From the NCBI RefSeq assembly GCF_964355755.1, contig NC_092671.1:37644304-37708303 (forward strand): a stretch of DNA of 64,000 bases, in the 5' to 3' direction. Below, in pieces: positions 12,701-24,700 of this stretch (its first letter is position 1; every line of letters begins with the position of its first letter). Made by a program: the position numbers and the translations under genes. The stretch comes from Antedon mediterranea. Lineage: Eukaryota > Animalia > Echinodermata. The notes under the pieces were generated by a model. The model was not told where the DNA came from. It worked only from the letters and a program-made list of their open reading frames with translations, and did not search any database.

Positions 12701-15700
12701 TATGCCAAAATATGGTAGTAATATGACATCATCATGTCCATATATGGGCACATCACAATTTTTTGTCACATGAACTTTGATAGTGTAGACAGAGCTTTAG
12801 CATGTGATAAGGTAAACTTCTATTTTCTAGGATTATAGTTATCATCCCATTATCATTGTATTGTTTCCCAGTCATTATTACCCATATCATTTCATCTGCA
12901 TGTACCCCATTCATTTCAATGTGTAGTTTAGAATCCAAAAACCAAATTGTAATTTTTCTATTTATAATTCAAACATCATTTTTTTAAATTTTAGAAATTA
13001 CTCAAAGCATGCCAAGTAGTTGTATAATAGACTAGCTATAAATATAGAGAACGAACATTATAATATTTTAATTCATTATTTTTAATTTTTTAAATTACCA
13101 ATCAATTCTAAACATTTTAATAATGTTTTGGTTAACAAACAACAATATTAAAAATATTCACCAATAAATTTGTTTTGCTTAAATGGTTATATTTTACATT
13201 TTCATTGTTGGTAAATGTTAAATAATACAAAAAAATATTTTGTTTTGTCATTTATTCCAAAATGACAAAGTTATGTTTGGGATAATATTAATTTTAATAA
13301 CAAATGAATGTTCGTTCTTACATAGAAAATATTTGTGTTGTAACTAATGAATTAACCTATTACTTATTCCTACAGCATGGATATACTTTAATTTCATAAA
13401 ATATTTATTAAATTGTACAAAAAATATTTCAATAGAAGAAAGATAAACAAAAAATTAAATTGCTTTAATTGACAATAACTTTTGATATTTACATTTTGTG
13501 AATGCGAGGTGGTAAATTTTTATTTCAAATTTAAATAATAATAATAATTTTGATATTTTATCATAATTGATCAGTTTTAATGATTTTAAACAATGAAATA
13601 AAACAAAGGGTTATTGTATTATTGTTATTATAATTATGAAAATAAAAGTAAAATTTATATAAAATGAAATAAAAGTGGGTTGTCCCCATGAAAGGGAAAA
13701 CAAAATAATTTTTGAAAATATTACCATTATTTGATGAAATTAAAAAAGTAATAAACTTAAAATTACAAAACAACAAATTATTTAACCAAATACTATGATA
13801 GTATTTTATGTTCTATGGTATAAAGAAATGCATTAAATAAATTGTATTGAGGTGTTTTATTGGTTTTAAAAAATGTACACAAAAATAAGTAGAAAGACTG
13901 ATACTTTCTTATTATAAAGAACATTTTTTTATTATTAGTATTATTAAAAAGGTAAAAAGACCATTTAAAAGGATTTAAATGTTAAAACATGATATATTTA
14001 TATCTATGATATAGTTAAAATTGTGAAACACAAGAGCTGTTTATGTGAAGTTCAGCAACATCGATACCACAAATGTAAATGTTTCAACAATTGTGTATTT
14101 ATTTTTCCATTTGTTTTCACAGATGGTTTAGAGGAAACCTTTTATGAAAGTTACACCTTTAATGAGATTTTTAAAAATGACAGCTTTAAAATTAGAAAAT
14201 TGGAGTTGTCATGGATACAAGCAAAAGGCTATGGTAAGGGTACAATATTGACATTTGTTTGTTTTTTTTTAAATATTCATAAATCTTTATAAATAGAGTA
14301 AATTTATCTCTGATCTTTGATTCAAATTATTAACTATAGCGATTTAGTTCATTCATTGGTAAATTGAACACACTAAAATTACTAAAGGAGATCTTCTTAT
14401 CCGTCGTCCTTACCTTGAAATCTTTAAACTTTCTTTTAGTTTCAATGCTCCTTCTTTCTTTAATTCTCTACCTTTAAGCATTCGTAACTCTTACAATTTC
14501 TTCTCCTTTAAATCCTTTTTTCAAAAAACACCTGTTTCTCTCTCTCTGATTTTTTCTTTTCTTTTTCTCCTTCTTTCATTGTTGGCCTACTGTATATTGA
14601 TATATATACAGTATATATATATTTATTTTTTATATCTTTGTTGATTTTGTGTTTTTATAGTTTATTTTGTATTTTCTGTTTGTTTTGTTTGAGGGTCCCT
14701 AATGATTAGGTGATGCTGGATGGACCACCCTCATAAAATATTGTTGAAATAAAAATAAAATAAAATATTTAAACTAGCTCATTAGTTTCTGAGCTTTCAA
14801 CATCGTTAAATTGATATTAATTAATTAAAAATCAAATAACAATAATGTTCTTCTACTCTTATTACCTTTTTTTAGTACAAATTTTTAAATCATTTTTGAC
14901 TGATCACGTATTCTACTTTAAATATTTAATTATTTTTATTTAAATTCTACAGAGGATTCCTTCCTTTATCAAGATGACAATGGTAACATAATGTTAGCTA
15001 ATGGTAGCTCATATCCAGGCCATCAAGTCATGGACAATAGTAAAACACTGGTATGATACACAATATTGTTATTAATATTATTATTAAACTGGTAAAAGAG
15101 ATTTACGGAGCAGCCCAAGCGGAAATCGGCAGAATTTTCAGCAGAAAGGCAGCAATAATAATAAATTATTATTATTATTATTTATCCAGGCAAAAGAGAC
15201 ATTTTACAAAAACAAATCAACAAATTAAACACAACACAGAGGTTATAAAATCATAGTGACTAGCTGCCAGAGAATCACAAAAGCAGCCTAAGCCACTGTC
15301 ACCAATTAGGTGTGTACCTCCAACCAGTGACTACTAAATAAGTAATACATATAATATAAATAACATAGACTTAAAGTGCACAAGAGACAGATGTACACTG
15401 GACTTACGATTTATAGTCCTTATCCGAGAAGACTCGTTCTACCACCAGAACCATGGAGCGAGTGAGGCTCAAACCTTTGCCGATGTTAATATGGCAAGGT
15501 ATTACGGTTCCACTGTCTTAACCGCTTGGCCACTCACCGCTCACAGAATACGTCAGCTGTCATGTATTTGCGATGACCGATGACAAACCTAGGTCAGGTC
15601 AATCAATGTGTCGGGCAGTCATTGCCTGGACCTAGAAACTGTCATCATTGAGGTAGGGAGAGACGACCCCGTCACAATATTCCTGCATACGCACAGTGGA

Positions 15701-18700
15701 CTAACATGCACATAGTTTGGTTGTCGTCGCAAATTGAAAGCTCACTATTTTCAGCACAACAAAAGATAACAGTATCCTGTTCTTGAATAGTGTATTCAAT
15801 TATAATGTTTTTATTGTATATTTGTAACATTTTTGACATAGAAGTTAGTTTACATGGGAATCGGTTTACTGGGACCGAGATGACCTGGGGCCAAGTTGGT
15901 TTCGGACTAAAACTCTGTCTACACTATCAAGCTAGTTTGACCAAAAAAAATGTGATGTGCCCAAATATGATGGTGATATGCCGAAATATGGTAGTGATAT
16001 GACATCATCATGTCCATATATGGGCACATCACATTTTTTTTTGTCAAACTAGTTTAATAGTGTAGACAGAGCTTTATAAACATGTATCTTTCTCGTTCAC
16101 ATCTAATTCATTATGTCATCTAAATCGTCCACTAAGTAATATTGAGTTGTTTTCAAATGTACTATTTATTAAAACTTCATTATGAGACTTCTAGAAAAAT
16201 GAATAATTCACATCTGTCATCCACCATAAATGTTTTTTGTCGTATCCTTGCAATGCTACTACTTATCATTGCTTCTATTTTAAGCATGTGCGTAGTCAAT
16301 ATAACGCGCTAAAACATTTTCATGCAATATTAAAATTTCTAAATATATTTGATGTTAGAAATATCAATATTACATATCCATATTGATTATATATACACAT
16401 ACAAATGGACCAAAAAGAAACATGACATTTTAAGCTCTATCTACACTATCAAAATAGGACAAAAAAAGTGTCATGTGCCCAAATATGATAGTGATGTGCT
16501 CAAATATGGTAGTGATATGACATCATCATGTCCATATATGGGCACATCACAATTTTTTGTCACATGAACTTTGATAGTGTAGACAGAGCTTTAGCATGTG
16601 ATAAGGTAAACTTCTTTTATTTTCTAGGATTATAGTTATCATTCTATTATCATTGTATTTGTTTCCCAGTCATTATCGATAGTGTAGACAGGGCTTTATT
16701 CTATTGAATTTGTAACTACTTTTTAAAAATTTTATTTTGTTATAGTTTTGCGACAAGTTTTGGCCGAGTCCTTCTTTAGAGACGAGTGATTCCAAGAAAG
16801 ATATCATCTACTTGTTGTTAGCGTGTGATGTGCAGAAAGTTTTCCGTCATAGTTTTAAAGCCAAGTATAAAGTGTACAAGATATCGCTAGACAACTACAA
16901 TACAGATGAGGTTGATCAAGATGGGTAAGAAATTGGTGTACTTAACTTGTTTATTTATGAAGTATTGTGATCAAACTAGGGAGTCATTCCTCAATAGCAT
17001 CTCTCTAAAACTTGTTAGGTGCACGGTACAGCACATTATGCACTATTAAGATCAATAAGGAAATCACTCCTTAAGATCTATAATTTCTATACAAAACTTG
17101 TGAGTTGCACTGAACAGCACATGTTATGTGGGCATATCACACTTTTTTTGTCAAACTAGTATGATATTAATAGACAGAGCCTAAAGTGTCATGGTTTGAA
17201 GCCTAAATATATATTATATTATTATATATTATAAATATGTATTATTCCTTTGTTTCAGAGAATTTGTGACGGACCTTACGGTTCCAGAGATGGGGTCTGA
17301 TGACTATTTACAACTAGTTGAATGGTCTCCTTCTGGAAATTCTCTAGTAAGAAATGAATGAATAGATTATTAGTACTGTTCTAAATAAAACTGTAAAAGA
17401 ATTAGATTATAAAGGTTTAATATTTAGAAATAAATGAATTAGGCATGAGCTCACATGTAGTGGAGCTGTAGCTTGGTGGTTAACTTGTCTTTTAATCCCA
17501 AGGTCCGGGGTTCAATCCCGACCAAGTGCTCAAATGAGACTTAGTTTATAAGCACGATAAATTATAAAATAGTTTATTCATCCTGTAATTGGTGAGTTTG
17601 TGGATGTTTATTACATTTTTAAAAAGTGATGAAAACTGTAGTTCTTCTATCATAAATTATTAAATTAAATTATAATCATTATCTTCATCTTTATTGATTA
17701 ATTACCAGCCAACCATGATTGCAACTTATAATTACTACATTGGTATCTGATCAGCTAATTACTGCATTGATATCTGATGATACTCCTATAAGACTTCTGC
17801 TGAGTTCTTAGCTAGTTATCCCTGTAGGACAGCAAATGTAATAACAGTCGCTAGACAGACTTATTAGTTATGGAATGCAAAAATTATAAACAATGGTTTC
17901 CCATCACTGCAATCAGATTTAATGTTAAGATAACATGCTTAAATGATTCTCTAGTTAATATTAATATCTGTGTATTTGATACTCTTTATTATAGTGAATT
18001 GATATTGCTCAATAGATATTCTGAGGCCACCATTAATATAACTGAATTTATATAAATAATGAATGGATAGAATTTTGATTTTAGAAATTTCAAAATAGGG
18101 CTATAGCCACCAGTAAGGTGAGTAAGCTTTCAACCGGACTACTTTTTTCACAGAGATTTATCTTTAGTTTATTTTTATTTTCTAGGTGATTGTTTACAAC
18201 AATAATATTTACTACAACGAAAGTCTTACAAGTAACGAAGACGCTATAAGCATAACAAGCGACGGGATTCCAAATCAAATATTTAACGGCGTTCCTGATT
18301 GGCTGTATGAAGGTCAGAGTTTAAACTTGTAATATAGTACAATTGCTTCTCTAAAACACCAGCCTCTATTCAGGGAAACTTTTTTTTTCTCTTTATTTTT
18401 TTTTTCTTTTCTCTCTCTTATTTTTTTTACATTTTGTATTCTTATTGGCCGATAATATTTATTAAAATTATATTTTTATATTATTTTATATTTTTGTAAA
18501 TGCAATAATTTTAGCATTTGCCTCCTTTTTGTATTTTCTGAATAAAATTAAAAAAACGCACAAGAAGCAATATACATTTTAACACTATAGCCAACCCCTA
18601 TCGACGGGCCACTTTTGGTAAAAGACATTTTATTGAGACCCGACGTTGTCCCCTTAATAGGAGTTCTACTGTGGACATAAAACAGCAAGGTAGAACCTTA

Positions 18701-21700
18701 AGTATATTTGACCACACTCTTTAACACCTATTTTAATTTGTAGAGGAGATACTCGATGGGAATTCTGCCATCTATTGGTCAACAGCAAATAAGTTTGCAT
18801 TCATTCGTTTTGATGACACAAACGTAACGTACGATACATGGCCCGTGTACGAGAACAAGATCTACCCAACATCAAAGCGTGTGGCGTACCCGAAACCTGG
18901 CGGTGTGAATCCTACAGTGACACTGTTCTTTGTAGAGGATGCAAGGAGGACACATCCAATTGAAATCAAAATACCGAATGAGAAAAGGTTTATAAAATTC
19001 ACTTTTATTTAAAGTATTGATTTTATACTTTTATTGTGGACATCTGTTGGTTTTATCATAGATGAGTAATACATACATGCATACAATCCCGTATTTATTT
19101 CAATAAAATTATCACTATATTTTGTAATATCACAAACTTTTTGTAAAAACAATAAATGTTGATTGAATGAGTTGTGCTGTATACATCAGCCTTGTGAATA
19201 AATAAAGTTTATATATATAATGATGGTTCCCTAATTTATTTATTTTAATTTATTCGGTATATAAAAAAAAATCCCAGAGGGCAAACCTGTGATTTACAAT
19301 ACACAACAATGACAATTAAATAAAAGATGATCATAAAAATTTAAGAAGTTTATAAAAATATATTTATTATATAAAACTCAAATAAACTTCACTGTAGCCA
19401 GTTTACTACTGATTGTGGTCTGATAATGATTTGATTGTTTAGTAATAGAATTAAATTGTTACTATAGATAATTATTATCACTATTACTAGCATAATTACT
19501 GTAATCATCTCTATTGTTTTCAAATTATCATTAATGTCAGTTTTTCAAAGGAATTTAATTATGTGCTGTCTGTTTAAGATATAATTTTCAATCAATGTGT
19601 TGGAAAATGGTATTGAAATTGTGTATTAATTGTATAAAGGTCAATTTAAACAGGCAATTGCAGTAATGGTAAACGTAGCTTGTTCCACGTAGAATCTGTA
19701 CCTATACGCCTGTCTGCTCCACGTTGTGTGTAAATTGTCATAAGAAATAACATAGATTCTGTATTGTTTTTACCGTTCCCACTTGTCTGTGTAAATTGGC
19801 CTTAAATCTATTAGTAAATTCTGTAATTTGTACTGTATATATATAGCATTTTATTTAGATTTGTTTTATATGTAGAATCTTCCAATGAATTGTTATATAA
19901 ATATTCAATGTGAGTAATGACTCCATTAATTCATTTGATTCTTCTTAGTTTTGGAGAGTACTACATTCAGTCAGTGACATGGTCCGCAACAGAAGAGTTA
20001 GTCGTCACGTGGATGAATCGACCTCAGAATGTTTCGTTGATTACGAAATGTAACGTGGACTCCAAGCAGGAAAACAAGTGTAATGTGGTGACCACTCAAA
20101 AATCTGAATCTGGATGGGTTGCTATGGTAATAAATATTTTTATAATAAATAGTTCTTTGCATTTATCAGAACTTGTTATTTAGTTTTTTTTTTATTTTAC
20201 GAATATGAAATTGGGATCAGCTCAAAAGTTTCACAAGTGTGTGACGTATCCGTTTTTGTTATCATATTCGTAAGGTTGCGAAACCTCCCTATTATAACTA
20301 AAGTTACACCAGTTTAAACGTCAGTGTATTTAGTACTTAGTATATTTTTATATCCATTATTATTTTATCTAGTATTATGTACAGGTATGCATTTAATTTA
20401 TGGAATAAAAGTTATAATAATATAATACTATAAGTTATAATGATTTGTATTATTTTGTGTATAGCCTGCAGCTCCTATCTTTACAAGTGATAAAAGAAAT
20501 TTTGTACAAATTATGCCACAAAATGAAGGCAGAGATGTACGCAGGTTCAACCATATAGCATACTTTGAGGTAACGTATAAGCTCCAAAGCTCTGTCTACA
20601 CTATCAAACTTTATTTGACAAATAAATGTGATGTGCCTATATATGGACATGATGATGTCATATCACTACCATATTTGGGCATATCACTACCATATTTGGG
20701 CTCATCACACCTTTTTTGTCAAACTAGTTAGATAGTGTAGACAGAGCTTTAGTTAAAAAAGTGGTAATTAACATTCTTGTAAATGCCAACGTTCTCAGTT
20801 CAAGTCTTTCCATAGTGGAAAATAGTTCCACCACATAAACCTTATAGCAAGACAAATGTTGTTATGTAATTCTTTTCAAAATGCTAAAAGAAAATTAACT
20901 TATTTTATATGCCGAGTAAAAAATATTTAAAATAGTAAAAGTATATGATACAATTTCTTCTATGAAAATACTTAATGAAAGTATGTTATAGGGAAATACC
21001 AATTATTTACAATAACCATCAATTTTATTTGTTTGTAGGAAAAATTTGTAAAGCGTTTGACCGAGGGAGAGTATGAAGTTAGCAAAATATTTGGAATTGA
21101 TAAAGAAAGTGTTGTTTACTTTTCTGCGAATAAAGAAGGTTTAGGAACAAAAAATATTTACAGGTATAAAAAAAAAAAAATAATTATTGGGGAATTATAA
21201 AGAAGCATTTAAATTTAACTTATTTATTTGAATAAACGTCCCGCTTTGAATAAACGCCTCCATCGAATTAACGCCCGCCCCCCCCCCCCCCCCCCATTGA
21301 ACATCATTTTGAATAGATGCCTACCCTAAATAAACGCCTCCCTGAAATAAATGCCTCCCTGAAATAAAAGCCCTTAAAACATATATAGAATATAAAAATC
21401 CTTCTGAACAATAAACGCTCCAGGGCTTTTATTCAAATAAATTTAATTTAAATTTATTTAAAAATCACATCTATTATAATAATATTTTTTATTATCTCCT
21501 AAAGCTATTAAAAATATTGAAAGACACACATTAAAAAAACATTATCATGTCAAAATAAAGAAAACATTAGGAAGTTTCATTAATATGAAAAAGAAAAAAT
21601 AATATTGTAATATGAATCTTATTTTATCAGAAATCAATCAATTATCGACAATTTTATTCAATACAAAAAAAGTTTGAAATATTGAATCAATGGTTTGCCT

Positions 21701-24700
21701 CATTTTACCAGAGTTTATTTTATATTAATATCATATGTCAAACTTATTAGTGTACCCTTTGGTCCATCAATTTTTCAATATTTCTAACTATATTTATATA
21801 ATATCATATATTTATTTTGTTATCAATACCAATAATGTTTATTTGATGTTAAATGAAATATGAATCTTATTTCATCAGAAATTTAATCAATGGCTTGCCT
21901 CATTTTTTCCAGAGCTTGTTTTATATTAATATCACATATCATTAATGTACCCTTTTGGTCCTTGAAATTTTCAACATTCCTATTATTAATATAATATCAT
22001 GTATTTATTTTGTTACCGGTACTAATAATGTTTATTTTATGTTTTCCATAGCATGCAAATTGCCAAGCCATCATCATTGAAATGCTTGTCATGTGGAATG
22101 GCCTGTGCCGATAGTTGCGGCAGTCGCTGTTGTCAGTATTTTGATGCGGTCTTTAACCCGTCAATGACATGGTTTTTACTCAATTGCCTAGGCCCAAGCG
22201 TTCCATGTTCTTGGATACGCAGCACGAATGTAGTTGGAAATAACAAAGTTCATCTCGTAGAGAATAATACTATTTTACAAGAAGCTATGAAAAATAAAGG
22301 CATGCCTGTAAAAAAGTTTTACACGTTTAAAAACGAAAAGGGGCAAAATGTGCCTGTTCAACTCATTATGCCCGTGAACTATGATAACCAACGTAAACAC
22401 CCACTACTCATTAACGTGAATGGCGAGCCAGGTTCAGAGAAGGTTAGCAAAATGTTTGAGCTCGGATGGAGTATGTATCTAGCATCTAATCATCATATTA
22501 TAACAGCTAGTATAGATGGACGGGGGTCAGGAGGTCAAGGGGAAAAATTTAGACATGACTTATATAAAAATGTTGGAACTGTTGAAGTCCAGGATCAAAT
22601 TTATATAACAAAGTAAGTAAACTTTAATTAAATTAACTTTAGCAAAGTTTCCACTTCCCTTTACCAACCACTATTTTTTCAGACATAAACCACTATGTAC
22701 TTAATAAACTTTTTTTTTTTAATTCAACTACAGCTCTGTCTACAATATCAAACCTTATGTGACAAAATATGTGATGTGCCCATATATGGACATACTGATA
22801 TTTAAGCATATCACTACCATATTTAGGCACATCATGTTTTTTTGTCAAACTAGTTTGAGAGTGTAGACAGAGCTTTACACTCTTTCTTTTCATTCTATAC
22901 AATTTGTATTTCATACATGGATTCTTAGGAAATTATTTTTATGATTACTGTCACTAATGGTTGTGGTCGGACATTGACCAATCACTGACTGAATAAATGT
23001 GATATGTGTCTTTATAAACCTTTGACTGATTCGACAAGGATTTTATATTAAAAACAATGAATACAGTTTCTTAGCAATGATGGGATTCAATTTGTTTGGT
23101 CATTCACCATGCATGCTTTCATTATTCATTAGGCCTTGTCTACACTATCAAACTTTATGAGAAAATAAAAGTGATAACCCATATATGGACATGATGATGT
23201 CATATCACTACCATATTTGGGCATATCACACTTTTTTTGTCCAACAAGTTTGATAGTGTAGACAGAACTTTATCTACATTTCATAACAAATTTTTTTACA
23301 TATTGTACACACAGGGTATATAAAAGTACTAGGTTTATTCTTAATAGCTAACCATCAACTGTACCATATCATTTGCTATTAACGCTTAACTACCTACTTA
23401 AGAAGTAACATTTATTTGCTTAATTTCAGGAAGCTGCTTAACAAACTACACTACTTAGACGCAACCAGAGTAGCCATCTGGGGATGGGTAAGTTTTCAAC
23501 AATAGAAATTCAATGTATACATTTTAGCTATCAGAAAAAAATGAAAATAACAATTATTTTCAACTCTTTCAGTCGTATGGAGGATTTGTAGCAGCCGCTG
23601 TTGCTGGTTCCAAATCTGAAATATTCAACTGTAGTATTGCTGTTGCCCCGGTTACAGATTGGAGATATTACGGTAATTATATTATTTACAATTATATAGT
23701 TTTGTTGTTGCATATTTCAAAGTAAAACTGTACTTATTAGAGTTTTCAATCAATCATTTTGTAATATTCTTTTTAATTTGATACATATATGTAATTAAAT
23801 AAAGATAGGTGTATAGACATTCATTGTTCAGCTCAAAGTAGCTAACACATTGATGTTACCACTACTGTGTGCAATGTCATTTTTCAAATCTTGAGACCAA
23901 TGGAGTATCACGGTGCTGACGTCACGACGGTAGGTGGCACTGTGTGGTTGCTAGCGCAACCAAAAATGCGTTCAGCCTGCCTGAGTGACTCCAAGATCAC
24001 CAATGGTTTGGAATAGGCTTATTGAAGTAGTCATTTTAAAACTTAATAATTTTCAATAAAAACAAACTAAAATTTCAAAAGATCACTAAATATTTGTTTT
24101 TAATAATCTATTTATTCTTCAACTACAGTTTAAGTTTAAAAAAAATAAGCTAAGATACATAATTTGATAGAAATACATATCTTTACTGTTTATCAACATA
24201 GTAGCGCTGAACGCATTTTTTGGCTGTCTAGCAACCATGCAGCGCCCTCTATCATTGTGATGTCACACCGTGATACTCTATAGGATGCTATGTTATCTGG
24301 TGGATTTACAATACATGTATTAAACAAGACTATTTATTTTAAAACTGTTTCTTTTTCAGATTCTACCTATAGTGAGCGCTATATGGGTGATCCATACCTC
24401 AACAAAGATGTATACTCGGTAACTATAAACATTACATCTATATTTATTTATTTAAAACATATTTATAACATTGATCTGTGAGGTAATTTCTCGATTGATC
24501 GTAATCAAAACGGTACTGGATTTAGTCTACTAGCGTTCCTGCTCCAAGCAAGTACATCTATTCATATAAGCCTTAATGAAGTAAGCCTACCTGGTGGTGG
24601 CCATAGAACGGTCCCGAGATAACGAATATACTTCGGCTTTAGTCGATAGAAAATTGAAAAAATTGTTAGAGATATTTATACAGGATAAAAACATATCAGG

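Noticed and set aside
21278-21295. Poly-C run
   Set aside because: Homopolymer inside a degenerate TIR element; length unreliable
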